A stretch of DNA of 63,923 nt, counting the filler, from a candidate division TA06 bacterium SM23_40 (lineage in GTDB: Bacteria > LJUI01 > SM1-40), in assembly GCA_001303705.1 (NCBI GenBank). It is 4 parts of 4 records of this genome, joined end to end, with 100 filler letters (N's around TTAATTAATTAA, not from the genome) between each part and the next. Parts side by side here need not be neighbours in the genome. Positions count along the whole stretch, not along the records: positions 33,073 to 58,595 come from LJUI01000020.1; 3 more parts are not named here. The stretch is one strand, 5' to 3'. The position numbers and the translations under genes are program-made. How positions within the stretch are numbered: position 1 is the first letter of the stretch; each line of letters starts with the position of its first letter. The notes beneath the pieces were generated by a model. The model did no database searches, was not told the origin of the DNA, and worked only from the letters and a program-made list of their open reading frames with translations. Below, piece by piece: positions 36,612-47,407 of the stretch.

Positions 36612-37337
36612 GTGAGGAGCGAGGACATTTCTCACTGGGGGTACGACGTGGAAAGGGGAACCGACAAGCAACACCGCGAGCTATCTGATCCCAAGACGGT
36701 TGCCGCAAAATATATCGCCGCATACCGCGCGTTACCCCTCAAGAGAACAAGACAGATTTGGGCTCTTCGCCGCGAGTTCGCCCGGTCCCTTGAGGATGCT
36801 CCGCCGGAGTTCGTTCTTGAGGTGGCAAGAGCGCTGTTCTACGATTACGACAACCCAGGGCATGCCAGTTCGCTTCTCATGTTTCACCAGGAGACCTTGG
36901 GGACTCTGGGCGAGGACGAGATCGAAGAGTTCGGAGGAGGGATCAACAGCCGGAGCGCGGCAGATGCTTTCGCGCGCCGCCTCTCAGGGCCTGCCTGGTT
37001 GAAGGGGCAGATATCGGATGCGCAGATCCACAGATGGGCTCGTTCAGACGATCGGTGGTGGCGCCGGGCAGCCCTGGTCAGTACGGTTGCGTTGAATGTT
37101 CGGTCCCAGGGAGGGTACGGGGATGTTCGGCGCACTCTTGAGGTATGCCGGCTGCTGGTAGATGATCGAGATGATGTGGTAGTGAATGCACTGTCCTGGG
37201 CATTGTGCGAGCTCGTGGTCCACGACCCGGACGCGGTAAGAGCATTTCTGCACGAGTACGAGGATACTCTGGCGGCGCGCCTCAAGCGCGAGGTGAGAAA
37301 CAAGCTGACAACAGGACTGGAGAACAAGTGTGGCTGA
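36612..37337 (+). CDS. DNA alkylation repair protein (AlkD-like HEAT repeat)
   Basis: WARSDDRWWRRAALV, DRDDVVVNALSWAL, VRAFL..LAARLKREVRNKL; start uncertain. Confidence 0.85.
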   Translation: MRSEDISHWGYDVERGTDKQHRELSDPKTVAAKYIAAYRALPLKRTRQIWALRREFARSLEDAPPEFVLEVARALFYDYDNPGHASSLLMFHQETLGTLGEDEIEEFGGGINSRSAADAFARRLSGPAWLKGQISDAQIHRWARSDDRWWRRAALVSTVALNVRSQGGYGDVRRTLEVCRLLVDDRDDVVVNALSWALCELVVHDPDAVRAFLHEYEDTLAARLKREVRNKLTTGLENKCG

Positions 37338-37368
37338 TCCTGGTGGCGCAAGCTGAGGATGAGTGAAG

Positions 37369-38259
37369 ATGTCAACCGAGATGCAGCGTATTTTACTCAT
37401 TGTGGTGGTCGCCGCTGGCGCCCACGTGTCGGTGCTGGCGATGCGCTCGATTGCGGCCCGGTTGCTCGGGCCTCGCGCAGTCGCGCGGGCGAAGGTCCAG
37501 ACGATCGTGGGGTTCGTCGTCAGTACTGCCGTCTTCGTGATCTACTTCGCGGCTCTGGGGTTCACGCTGCGAGAACTCGGAGTCTCTTTGACCGCCTACT
37601 TCGCTGGAGCCTCAATCATCGGCCTGGCCGTGAGCTTCGGTTCCCAGGGCGTTATTCAGGACGTCATCAGCGGGCTCACGATGGTGCTCACCGACGTCAT
37701 TGACATCGGAGACATGGTTGAGGTGGGCGGACAGGTAGGGATCGTGGAGCACGTGGGCATTCGGTTCACGGTGCTGATCAGTGTGACCGGTTCAAGGGTG
37801 TACCTTCCGAATCGGTCGTTGGGGACCGTAATCAACTATCCGGACGGCTTCGTGCGCGCATTTCTCGATGCCCGTCTGCCCCGCGACACACGCGCGGGCG
37901 AGGAAGCTCATCTGGCGCTCATCGCTGTTGCCAGGGCCGTCCACCAGCAGTTCGGCGCTATCATGCCCCTGGCGCCCACGGTCCTCGAGCCGCGGCAGGC
38001 CGGGGACGGATACTCCTTTGTCCGGGTTAAGTTCCGTCTCTGGCCGGGGCAGGGTGCGATCCTCGATTCGTGCGTCAAGCCGGCGGTCGTGAGTGTGCTG
38101 CGGGCTCTCGATCCGGAGTACGCAGACTGGATGGTGGTTGTCCACTACCGCGCCGAGCCGTCGGAAGCCGATTCAGAGCCGCTTCCGCAGCCCGCTCCAG
38201 TTCGGCTGCGAATGGCCGCAGGGAAAGCCCGGCGAGACCGGAGAATGCGAAATCCGTGA
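37369..38259 (+). CDS. MscS family mechanosensitive channel protein
   Basis: GLAVSFGSQGVIQDVISG, IGDMVEVGGQVGIVEHVGIRFT, LPNR. Confidence 0.88.
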   Translation: MSTEMQRILLIVVVAAGAHVSVLAMRSIAARLLGPRAVARAKVQTIVGFVVSTAVFVIYFAALGFTLRELGVSLTAYFAGASIIGLAVSFGSQGVIQDVISGLTMVLTDVIDIGDMVEVGGQVGIVEHVGIRFTVLISVTGSRVYLPNRSLGTVINYPDGFVRAFLDARLPRDTRAGEEAHLALIAVARAVHQQFGAIMPLAPTVLEPRQAGDGYSFVRVKFRLWPGQGAILDSCVKPAVVSVLRALDPEYADWMVVVHYRAEPSEADSEPLPQPAPVRLRMAAGKARRDRRMRNP

Positions 38260-38588
38260 TCTGGCGGGGAAGCCCGGGTCGCGCCCCGGTTCTCATTCAC
38301 GTGAGCCGCGCTCGTCGCGCCCCGTGGATCGACGAAGGCGGCGGCTGATAGGTGAGTGGAGCGGGATAGGCATGGTGGCCGGGCCGCAGTCTGGCTGCAG
38401 CGGTAATCGCGACCCGGCCTGAAATGCGGACGCACCCTGATGCGGAGTGCTCGGGCGTTTCGGGGCAGGTGATGCGCGATTCGATAGCCTGCGTATCGCA
38501 GTTGAAGGGATTCGAGTGTTGAAGAGCTGAGTCGACAACAGAGACTCGGCCTGCCAGGCCTGCGGTCTGCACAGGATGCGGAGTACGG

Positions 38589-41123
38589 ATGGTGCGAGAG
38601 ATACCGACTGACTACTGGGCAGAGCCCGCGGCCAACCTGCTGTCCGCACTGGGCAGCGCCCCAGAGGGATTGTCATCCGCCGAGGGCTCCCTGCGGCTGG
38701 CGCAGTTTGGCTCGAACAGACTGGAGACTCGCACCGAAGGCGGTCCCTTCCGGACATTCCTCGCAAAGTTCAAAGACCCCATTGTCTTGATTCTCCTCTT
38801 TGCCACCCTCGTCTCTGCAGGCACAGGGGAATGGATTGATGCTGCGATCATCCTGGCCATTGTGCTCGGGAGCGCAACTCTCAGCTTCTTCCAGGAGTAC
38901 AACGCCGGTAATGCCGCCGCCAGGTTGCGTGAGCAGATCAGCCTCAAGGCGACCGTTCTCCGCGACGGTCAGTCGCGGACTCTGGCGGCCGATGAAGTTG
39001 TCCCCGGTGATGTGGTGGTGCTGTCCGCCGGGACCCTCATCCCGGCTGACGGCGTACTCCTGGAAGCCACCGACTTCTATGTGAACCAGGCCGTCCTCAC
39101 CGGCGAGACCTTTCCGGTTGAGAAGACGCCGGGCGTGGCTGTGCAGACTGCCGGGCTGCCGGAGCGCACCAACTGTGTCTTCAAGGGTACCAGCGTCCGC
39201 AGCGGTACAGCCAAGGCGCTCATCGTGCGCACGGGGGCCGCCACCGCCTTCGGACAGGTCGCCAAGCGCCTGACTGTGCGCCCACCGGAGACAGAGTTCG
39301 AGCGGGGCATCCGCCGGTTGGGCTACTTGCTCACGTGGGTGATGTTCATCCTCGTGTTGGCGGTCTTCGCCATCAACGTCTTCTTCCACAAATCGGTGCT
39401 GGATTCGCTGCTCTTCTCTGTCGCTCTGGCCGTGGGGCTGACACCGCAAATGCTGCCCGCGATAATAAGCATCCTCTTGTCGAAGGGCTCGCAACACATG
39501 GCAGCAAGCGGGGTGATTGTGCGGCGAGCGGAGTCGATCGAGAATTTCGGCAGCATGGATGTGCTGTGCACCGACAAAACGGGCACGCTGACCGTGGGCG
39601 TCGTCCGTCTGGACGGCGCACTCGACGTCCAAGGGCACCCGTCGACGGAGGTCTACCGCGGGGCCTATCTGAATGCCCACTTCGAGACCGGCCTGGCGAA
39701 TCCGCTGGACGAGGCCGTCCTCGCGGCCGGCGAGCCCGACATCTCGGGTTTTGCGAAAGTGGGCGAAGTGCCTTACGACTTCGTCCGGAAACGGTTGAGC
39801 ATCGTCGTCCGACACGGCGAGGGGGCGCCGATGCTGCTGACCAAGGGTGCGGTGGAGAACGTGCTGGCCGTCTGTGCTTCTGTGCAGAATGGCGATGCTC
39901 CCGAGCCCCTGGACGACGCGGGCCGGGAAGCCATCCGCCGCCGTTACGCGGAATGGAGCCGGCAGGGTTTCCGCGTACTGGGTGTGGCCATGCGCGATGT
40001 GCCTGAGCAATCCCGCTACACCCGCAGCGATGAGCAGGAGATGAGCTTCCGCGGCTTCTTACTCTTCTTCGACCCGCCCAAGCCGGGCGTGAAAGATGCC
40101 ATCGCCGACATGGCCGATCGTGGCGTAACGCTCAAGATCATCACCGGTGACAACCACCACGTGGCCCTGCACGTTGCCGAAGCGGTGGGCTTCAGGGTGA
40201 CGAGGGTGCTCACCGGCGCGGAGATGGCGTCGATGTCCGACGAAGCCCTCTGGCACAGCGTCGATCGCGCCAACCTCTTCACTGAAGTGGACCCTAATGA
40301 GAAGGAACGAATCATCTTGGCCTTGAAGAAGTCGGGGCATGTCGTCGGTTACATGGGCGACGGCATCAACGACGCACCCGCCCTCCATGCGGCCGACGTG
40401 GGCATCTCGGTCGATACGGCGGTGGACGTGGCCAGGGAGGCCGCCGACTTCGTGCTGCTCAGGCAGGACCTGGGCGTGCTGCGCGAGGGCATCGAGACGG
40501 GCCGCGCGACCTTCGCCAACACGCTTAAGTATGTCTTCACGACCATCAGTGCGAACTTCGGCAATATGTTCAGTATGGCTGGTGCATCGCTCTTCCTGCC
40601 CTTCCTGCCGATGCTGCCACTCCAAATCCTGCTCATCAACTTCCTCACCGACTTTCCTTCGCTGAATATCGCCGGGGACAGCGTAGACCGTGAACTGGTC
40701 GACAGACCGCGTCGTTGGGACATCGCTCTCATCCGGCGCTTCATGGTCACTTTTGGTCTGACCAGCTCTCTCTTCGACTACTTGACCATTGGTCTCCTCA
40801 TCCTCCTCTTCAAAGTCGGAGAGCAGCAGTTCCACACGAGCTGGCTTCTCGTATCCGTCTTGACAGAGTTGTTTGTTATTCTCATCATTCGCACTCAGAA
40901 GCCGTTCTATCGTAGCAGGCCGGGCCGGATGCTGTTAGCCACAACGCTGATCGTCGCAGTGGTCACCCTGATGCTCCCGTATTTGCCGTTCAACCGTCTC
41001 CTGGGCCTGGTACCACTGCCGTTGCCGATTCTATTGGCCCTGGCCGGTGTCACGGCGCTCTATCTGGTGGTATCCGAGGTTGTCAAGCACTTCTTCTACA
41101 GGCGTGACTATGTCCATCACTGA
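38589..41123 (+). CDS. mgtA: Magnesium-translocating P-type ATPase
   Basis: LTGETFPVEK, AVGLTPQMLP, MDVLCTDKTGTLT, PYDFVRKRLS, YMGDGINDAP, ANFGNMFS. Confidence 0.92.
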   Translation: MVREIPTDYWAEPAANLLSALGSAPEGLSSAEGSLRLAQFGSNRLETRTEGGPFRTFLAKFKDPIVLILLFATLVSAGTGEWIDAAIILAIVLGSATLSFFQEYNAGNAAARLREQISLKATVLRDGQSRTLAADEVVPGDVVVLSAGTLIPADGVLLEATDFYVNQAVLTGETFPVEKTPGVAVQTAGLPERTNCVFKGTSVRSGTAKALIVRTGAATAFGQVAKRLTVRPPETEFERGIRRLGYLLTWVMFILVLAVFAINVFFHKSVLDSLLFSVALAVGLTPQMLPAIISILLSKGSQHMAASGVIVRRAESIENFGSMDVLCTDKTGTLTVGVVRLDGALDVQGHPSTEVYRGAYLNAHFETGLANPLDEAVLAAGEPDISGFAKVGEVPYDFVRKRLSIVVRHGEGAPMLLTKGAVENVLAVCASVQNGDAPEPLDDAGREAIRRRYAEWSRQGFRVLGVAMRDVPEQSRYTRSDEQEMSFRGFLLFFDPPKPGVKDAIADMADRGVTLKIITGDNHHVALHVAEAVGFRVTRVLTGAEMASMSDEALWHSVDRANLFTEVDPNEKERIILALKKSGHVVGYMGDGINDAPALHAADVGISVDTAVDVAREAADFVLLRQDLGVLREGIETGRATFANTLKYVFTTISANFGNMFSMAGASLFLPFLPMLPLQILLINFLTDFPSLNIAGDSVDRELVDRPRRWDIALIRRFMVTFGLTSSLFDYLTIGLLILLFKVGEQQFHTSWLLVSVLTELFVILIIRTQKPFYRSRPGRMLLATTLIVAVVTLMLPYLPFNRLLGLVPLPLPILLALAGVTALYLVVSEVVKHFFYRRDYVHH

Positions 41124-42156
41124 CCAGCACATACCTGAGAGAACTCGTGTCTTTTCTATTCCGACGCTGACTATGCGGATAGGGCGGTCACTCTTGCCGT
41201 TGCTGCTGCTGGGGCTCGCGGTGCACGTCATCCTCCTCCACTTGCCTGAGCTGAGGCACTCGTGGGAGGTCGTCCGTAATATGGCGCTGTGGGCTGTGGG
41301 GCTGGCCGCTCTAGCGCAGATTCTGAGCTACGTGGGCAGTGGTTACCTGTTGCGCACGCTGGTAGCCGTCGTTGGACAGCGTCTATCGATCGGAGTTGGT
41401 GTGCTCGTCACGCTGGCTGCTTCCTTTGTAGGGTTGTTCAGCGGAGGAATGATAGGGAACGCGGCCGCCACTTACCGCTGGCTGTACAGGCGGGGAGTAA
41501 GCAAAGAAGGTGCACTTCTAGCAGGATGGCTACCCTCATTCTTCAACAATGTCGCTCTTGCAGTGGTTGGCGTCGTCGGCGTGGCGCACATGATCGCCAT
41601 CCATGAGCTCTCCGGCCTACAGGCCATTGGGTTCGGTTTGACACTCGTGATGCTCGGGGGGGCGCTGGGGATCGTTCTCTGGGGTGTTTACCAGCGCCCG
41701 AGGTTCACTGCCTTGTTGGCGAATGTCGCCAGGCGCTGGTCCAGGTTTCGTAAGCGCGCCTACCACCCCGCAGCAACAGAAGCCGCCGCGGGACGGGTGT
41801 TCGTGACCTGGGACGTCATGTATCGTGGAGGATGGCGTGGTCCTGCGCTGGGGGCGCTGCTCAATATCGGGTTCGATGCGTTGACCCTGTACCTGCTCTT
41901 CGTGGCCACAGGACACCCTGTCAGCCTGGGTGTGCTGCTTACGGGATACGGCCTGCCGCTTCTCTTGAGCAAGATCTCCTTTCTCCCGGGAGGCGTCGGC
42001 ATCGTAGAAGCAACTATGGCGGCCCTGTACAACGGGATGGGGGTGCCGGGCGCCACAACGGTCGTAGTGGTGCTGGCCTATCGCGCGGTTTCGTTTTGGC
42101 TTCCTACATTACTGGGACTCCCGTTGGCGGCCTACTTGCAGCGTACCATGAAATAG
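41110..42156 (+). CDS. Lysylphosphatidylglycerol synthase TM/UPF0104 flippase-like protein
   Basis: Multi-TM; FLPGGVGIVEA and LAYRAVSFWLP motifs; overlaps mgtA stop. Confidence 0.85.
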   Translation: MSITDQHIPERTRVFSIPTLTMRIGRSLLPLLLLGLAVHVILLHLPELRHSWEVVRNMALWAVGLAALAQILSYVGSGYLLRTLVAVVGQRLSIGVGVLVTLAASFVGLFSGGMIGNAAATYRWLYRRGVSKEGALLAGWLPSFFNNVALAVVGVVGVAHMIAIHELSGLQAIGFGLTLVMLGGALGIVLWGVYQRPRFTALLANVARRWSRFRKRAYHPAATEAAAGRVFVTWDVMYRGGWRGPALGALLNIGFDALTLYLLFVATGHPVSLGVLLTGYGLPLLLSKISFLPGGVGIVEATMAALYNGMGVPGATTVVVVLAYRAVSFWLPTLLGLPLAAYLQRTMK

Positions 42157-42519
42157 ACTGGCATCATTGAGACGCGCACGCTCGCGCCAGCACCGGACGC
42201 GGGCTGGGCGCGACTCGTTCTGCAGATGGACATCTCGATGCACACAAGATGTCTTGCACTACAGGATGCTGAACTCGCGGGCGTGAGCTTCCTCGAGGAA
42301 CTCTGCGCCGTGGATCAGCGGTATGCGCTGCTCGAGCGGGAAAACAAGGATGGCAGCCGGTTCGTCGACGCGGGGTACCCGAGGGTTGATTCGGGGAGGA
42401 TCTGCGACATTCTCGCGGGGGATGACAGCCCTTCGTACGGGGAACTGGTGGGGTAGCGATATTCGGATGTCTCTGGTGAATTGGACCGCGACCGTTGTAC
42501 AACTTCTGGAGGTTCCAAG

Positions 42520-43248
42520 ATGAGAACAGGAGTGGAGACATGGAGTGCCGTCATACTCGGGATCGGCGTCGCGTTGGGCGGATTCTTCATTGGAACTGGA
42601 TTCTACAGGGGGAGGGCGACAGATCGCATAGTCACGGTGAAAGGAATCTCGGAGCGCGATGTGGAGGCTGATGTCGCGCTGTGGCCTCTTCGTTTCGTGG
42701 CGACGCACGACAATCTACGCGAAGCGCAGTCCCAGATCAAGCGGAGCCACGACGACGTCATGAGATTCCTCGAAAGTCATGGCATCGCCCCGGAGGAGGC
42801 CGAAGTACAGCAATTGGAGGTGACGGACGTCCTGACGAATCCCTATAGAACGGGGCCGACGCTCAGTCGCTACATCATCGAGCAGACGATAATGGTCCGG
42901 ACAAGCGATCCGGCTAAGATCTCGAATGCGAGTCAGGCAGTTGGAGAGCTCGTCGACGCCGGTGTCATCCTCTCTTCGGGGGTAATGGGACGGAGTGGCC
43001 CAACATACCTGTTCACCAATCTGAGCGATTTGAAGCCGGAGATGATCGCAGAGGCGACCGCCCAAGCCCGTCGGGCTGCCGAGCAGTTTGCTCAGGATTC
43101 AGGCAGTCGGATAGGGAAGATCCGTCGAGCCAACCAGGGTGTATTCGTGATATTGGCCAGAGATCGGGCTCCCGGAATCAGTGAGGAGAGTCAGCTGCAT
43201 AAGACGGTGAGGGTGGTCTCGACAGTCGAGTACTACCTGAAGGATTGA
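42520..43248 (+). CDS. SIMPL (DUF541) domain protein
   Basis: VTVKGISERDVEADVALWP, KPEMIAEAT..ARRAAEQFAQDSG, IRRANQG, KTVRVVSTVEYYL. Confidence 0.88.
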   Translation: MRTGVETWSAVILGIGVALGGFFIGTGFYRGRATDRIVTVKGISERDVEADVALWPLRFVATHDNLREAQSQIKRSHDDVMRFLESHGIAPEEAEVQQLEVTDVLTNPYRTGPTLSRYIIEQTIMVRTSDPAKISNASQAVGELVDAGVILSSGVMGRSGPTYLFTNLSDLKPEMIAEATAQARRAAEQFAQDSGSRIGKIRRANQGVFVILARDRAPGISEESQLHKTVRVVSTVEYYLKD

Positions 43249-43356
43249 TGTGGGGTCGCTCTCGCCCGGGGCTCTCATGCGGCGGGCGGGTTGTGGGCGT
43301 CCCCGGGGGCGTCGTCGGTACGAGAAGGTGTGGCATTTGGAAAACGGGGAGCTCCG

Positions 43357-44700
43357 ATGAGCAGGGGAACCGGTGCATCTCGCCGTCATGAGCCGTCAGG
43401 GCTCACCAATATCTTTCGTTCACTTCGGTATCGTAACTACCGCCTCTTCTTCTTCGGGCAGAGCGTCTCGTTGATCGGAACGTGGATGCAGCGGATCGCA
43501 CTGCCGTGGCTCGTCTATCGTCATACCGGTTCGCCGTTCTTGCTGGGCGTGGTCGGTTTTGCCGGCCAGACTCCCACCTTCCTGCTGGCGCCTCTTGCCG
43601 GGTTGCTCACGGACCGATTGAATCGCCATAGGATTCTCATCGCGACGCAGGTACTGGCAATGATACAGGCATCGACCCTGGCGGTCCTCTTTTTCCTCGG
43701 GGCGATTCAGGTATGGCATATCATCCTGTTGGGCGTATTCCTCGGCATGATCAATGCTTTTGATATGCCGGCCCGCCAGGCATTCGTCATAGAGATGGTT
43801 GAGAATCGAAAGGATCTCGGGAATGCCATTGCTCTGAACTCCTCAATGGTTAACAGCGCACGGTTGATCGGACCTTCGCTGGCGGGCGTTCTGATCGCCG
43901 CCACGAACGAGGGCACCTGCTTCCTTCTGAATAGCGTGAGCTACATATTCGTCATTGTGTCGCTGTTGATGATGAAGGTTGCTTCGAGAAGGGTCGAGAG
44001 CCGAAAGACGCAGGTCCTCAAGGGGTTGAAGGAAGGATTCTCCTATGCGTTTGGGTTCGTACCGGTGCGATCCGTCATCCTGTTGCTCGCATTGGTGAGT
44101 CTGACGGGAATGCCGTATCTGGTGCTCATGCCCGTCTTCGCCAGGGAGATACTCCACGGGGGCTCGCACACGTTCGGATTCCTCATAGGTGCTTCGGGTA
44201 TCGGGGCTCTGACGGGCGCTCTCTATCTTGCATCGAGGAAGGATGTCTTGTTGGTGGGCAGAATAATTCCCCTGTCGGCCGCGATCTTCGGCTCCGGGCT
44301 CATTGCGTTCTCGTTGTCACGATTCTTCCCGCTTTCCCTCGCCCTGATGTTCGTCACCGGCCTCGGAATGATAACGCAGATGGCTTCCAGCAACACAGTC
44401 TTGCAGACCATTGTCGATGATGACAAGCGGGGTCGGGTGATGAGTTTCTATGCGATGGCCTTCTTCGGCACGGCGCCGCTCGGTAGCTTGCTGGCGGGGG
44501 GATTGGCGGAGAGAATCGGCGCGTCTGCCACGTTGATCGTAGGCGGGATCGCGTGCCTCGCCGGCGCGGCTGTCTTCGCAACCAGACTTCCCCGTTTGAG
44601 AGAAGTGGCTCGCCCGGCCTATGTACGATTGGGTATCATTCAGGAGGTATCCTCAGGGATCCAGACTGCGACAGAACTGAGCGTTCCGCCAGAACGATAG
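43357..44700 (+). CDS. MFS transporter (MFS_3/EntS-like)
   Basis: SLRYRNYRLFFFGQSVSLIGTWMQ, DMPARQAF, NAIALNS, DDKRGRVMS. Confidence 0.92.
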   Translation: MSRGTGASRRHEPSGLTNIFRSLRYRNYRLFFFGQSVSLIGTWMQRIALPWLVYRHTGSPFLLGVVGFAGQTPTFLLAPLAGLLTDRLNRHRILIATQVLAMIQASTLAVLFFLGAIQVWHIILLGVFLGMINAFDMPARQAFVIEMVENRKDLGNAIALNSSMVNSARLIGPSLAGVLIAATNEGTCFLLNSVSYIFVIVSLLMMKVASRRVESRKTQVLKGLKEGFSYAFGFVPVRSVILLLALVSLTGMPYLVLMPVFAREILHGGSHTFGFLIGASGIGALTGALYLASRKDVLLVGRIIPLSAAIFGSGLIAFSLSRFFPLSLALMFVTGLGMITQMASSNTVLQTIVDDDKRGRVMSFYAMAFFGTAPLGSLLAGGLAERIGASATLIVGGIACLAGAAVFATRLPRLREVARPAYVRLGIIQEVSSGIQTATELSVPPER

Positions 44701-45106
44701 ACAGCAGGTATCGGTTTCCCTCGAGGGGGTGGGGTCTCACTGGTTGCCGGGCGATGGCCTGGAGGAGAGCGGCCGAGCCACTCCCTTACTTGCGGTCTTC
44801 CCAGATATCGTCGATCCTGGATTCAGCGGCGTCGCCGCGGCGAAATGGTAGGTAGAGACATGTGTCGATGTACTGAGCCGCGAAGCGGCGATTGCGACTG
44901 CGACATTCGAGCTTGCGCTGGTTCTCCAGAATGAAGAGAGAGGGCGCAGCCCGCGGGGACGTATACGGCCGGCTACGCGTCGCGCCGTGGTACGTCGCCT
45001 GCGAGACGGGGGGCTCTTCTGGCGCACTTCTGCCGTCCTACCACTCGCTGGAGCGGGGTGGAGGCACTGGCCGATACGAAATGCTGACGACGACAAGGAG
45101 GGGGAG

Positions 45107-45621
45107 ATGATAAGTCCCGAGGAAGCAAAGGACTTGACCGCTTACTGCGGGGCGTACTGCGGGGAATGTGCCATATACGGGGGCAGAATAATCGTACAGG
45201 TCGCGACGCAACTCAAAGCGCTGATAGAGGCTGCTGACTACCTTGAGTGGGTTCCGAAATTCGGTGGCATCGATTTCGAGTTCGCAGAATTCTACAGGGG
45301 GTTGCCTTACTTCACGGAGAGCACGAGCGGATGCTACTGCCAGGAGCCCTGCAGAGAAGGCGGAGGAGCACCGTGCAAGGTTCGGCCGTGTGCCAAGGAG
45401 AGAGGAGTCGAGATCTGCTATGCATGTCGGGTTTTCCCTGTGAACATTTCTCATGGATTCTGGAAAAGAATCCTCGTAAGCGAGAGGATTATCAGAGATT
45501 CAAGAGACTCGGGTTGGAAGAATGGACAAGATTCCATGAGGAGAGAGCCGAGAGAGGATATGCTCACGGTACAGGCAAGTACTACGTCCGGCCAAAGACT
45601 GATGAGACTATCGGGTGCTGA
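45107..45621 (+). pseudogene. DUF3795-like Cys-rich protein, frameshifted near 45430
   Basis: AYCGAYCGEC...CKVRPCAKERGVEICYAC continues as FPCEHF only in another frame; one base missing in TGTCGGGTTTTCCCTGT. Confidence 0.75.
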
Positions 45622-45670
45622 GACCATCAGATGTTGAGACTATCGGATGTCGAGACTATCGGATATTGAG
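45603..45670. repeat. 16-nt tandem repeat, ~4 copies
   Basis: TGAGACTATCGGATGT variants spanning the DUF3795 stop. Confidence 0.8.
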
Positions 45671-45990
45671 AAATCCGTCCGTGCTCCCGATCACAGGCCC
45701 CTACCCCGTCGCGAAACCCGCAAGCGATGCGATGGATTGGGACGCCGTTCAGCGCCGGAGAGGAACCAGCGGAACGGAGAGTCGGTGTCCGACGCGCGCC
45801 GCCATTGCCTACCTCAACCGGCGAGCCTCGGGAGAGGCGGCGTGCCGCGAAGCTATCGGCGACCTGCGCTCGCTGAAGAGAAGCTATCTCAGTCTCCTGG
45901 CTGTCCACGTGATAAATAGCGAGGGGGATCCTTTCGTGGCGAGCATCGGTCTCGAGGAGCTCGAGCTATTTCCGTTCCGGCGCGAGGATA

Positions 45991-46175
45991 ATGATCTCTG
46001 TCCGGGCGGATGAAGGTGCGCTCTTTCGCAAGCTGAGCGATATCCTGCCCGAGCATCAGGGTCCCGGGGGATCGGGACCTTCCTGATCCGGCAGGTCATG
46101 GGTCGGGCCCGGGACCGGGGAGTTCCGACACGCCTCCAAGTACTGAGGGTGAATGCGGCCCGGAGCTCGGGCTGA
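45991..46175 (+). pseudogene. GNAT acetyltransferase C-terminal remnant
   Basis: ILPEHQG, frameshift, then GIGTFLIRQVMGRARDRGVPTRLQVLRVNAAR (motif A and B), then stop. Confidence 0.6.
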
Positions 46176-46208
46176 TCGTCGGTTGCCGGGCGTAGAAAGG
46201 AATGCGGT

Positions 46209-46577
46209 ATGGCAGAATCAGCATTCGCGGAACTCAAGCGACGTACTCTCGTGAAATCACTGCTCTGGCGTGTCATCGGGATTGTGTGGACGTGGGTGGG
46301 AGCGTATTGCATCATTATGATCGTCCCGCCCACCTCGAGGAATGCTCCGATCATAGCGACCCTGATTGTGATCTATCACCATTCGACGCGAACGATTATG
46401 TACTACTTCTACGAAAGAATCTGGGCCGCAATCTCCTGGGGTAAATACGATCTCAGGGAGGGCTCATATCGTCCCATGTCCAGGAGTGACCTGCTGATCT
46501 GGACATTCAGCACCCTCGCTGCGGTGGGATTTATCGTCTTCCTGGTTCTGTTCGTGGCACCACTCGTGACGAGATGA
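46209..46577 (+). CDS. DUF2061-like membrane protein
   Basis: RTLVKSLLWRVIG...YYFYERIWAAISWG. Confidence 0.75.
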   Translation: MAESAFAELKRRTLVKSLLWRVIGIVWTWVGAYCIIMIVPPTSRNAPIIATLIVIYHHSTRTIMYYFYERIWAAISWGKYDLREGSYRPMSRSDLLIWTFSTLAAVGFIVFLVLFVAPLVTR

Positions 46578-46744
46578 TAGACTCCCCCGGTGCTCACTCC
46601 GGCGCGTCGTCCGCGGCTCGCGGTTTCCAGCCGTCAGTGGATAGTGATCCGTCGAAGTCAGTCAGAATCGGTGTCCGCGTAGGCCAGCGGCGGGTCGGCT
46701 TGAATGTTCGGGTACAGACGCTCTGGAGTATGGGGATGGAGACG

Positions 46745-46960
46745 ATGATGGATTTCTCAGGAAGCATGTCCTCGTCACCGTCGGCTCGCGCGGGGTCGGC
46801 TGCGGCATCACTGAGGCGTTCGGCAACGAGGGAGCGCGGGTGGGCATCTGGTTGAGGACGAACGAAAGGGCAGGGCGGAACGTGCTGAGCTCTCTGCCGG
46901 GCAGCCCTCATCTCATCATGCAGGCAGACGTCGCGCAGCTGGAGTCGTCGCGCGGCCGGA
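46745..46960 (+). pseudogene. SDR (FabG-like) oxidoreductase N-terminal remnant
   Basis: MDFSG, 1-nt deletion, then KHVLVTVGSRGVGCGITEAFGNEGARV...QADVA; degenerate TGxxxGxG; remainder absent. Confidence 0.65.
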
Positions 46961-46975
46961 GTCGTCGCGCCGGGC

Positions 46976-47407
46976 TTGGTGGAGGCGGACCTGTCCGCCC
47001 CCCTGCGTGAGGGGCCGGAAGGTGATGAGATCAGGAGGCAGACTCCCCCGGGGCGCGCTCCTGCCGGCCTCGCGCTCTTCGCCCCGGCGCCAGTTGCGAC
47101 TGCGACCGGGTTTGCGATCGGTCTGCTGCTCGGGGAGCGTCTTACGAGCCGAGGGGGGAGCGTGTTCCTCGAGGCGTGGGCGTGGTCTCTCGCCAGCTGC
47201 GCCTTCGGGGCGATCGTGGGCTTCGGGTTCGGCCCGATGCTGATCGTCTTCGGCATGTTCGTCTTCGGTACGGTGGCTGTGCCGCTACGGGAGGTGAGGC
47301 ATCGCACGCGGAGAGCGCCGCCCCGCCGACTCGTGTTCTCGATGCTGTGCCGGGCGGCTGCTGCGCAACCTCAGTGTAGGCCTTGCCGGTGGTACGGTAG
47401 GGAGTAG
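46976..47407 (+). CDS. Possible hypothetical membrane protein
   Basis: Two to three hydrophobic segments; no clear start or family. Confidence 0.3.
   Translation: MVEADLSAPLREGPEGDEIRRQTPPGRAPAGLALFAPAPVATATGFAIGLLLGERLTSRGGSVFLEAWAWSLASCAFGAIVGFGFGPMLIVFGMFVFGTVAVPLREVRHRTRRAPPRRLVFSMLCRAAAAQPQCRPCRWYGRE

Noticed and set aside
42226-42456. 76-aa ORF between the flippase-like and SIMPL genes
   Set aside because: No clear RBS or recognisable family; may be a fragment but cannot be supported.
45425-45440. GGGTTTT as a programmed -1 frameshift site in the DUF3795-like gene
   Set aside because: The heptamer is not in X XXY YYZ register with the upstream frame; a single-base loss in a homopolymer is simpler.
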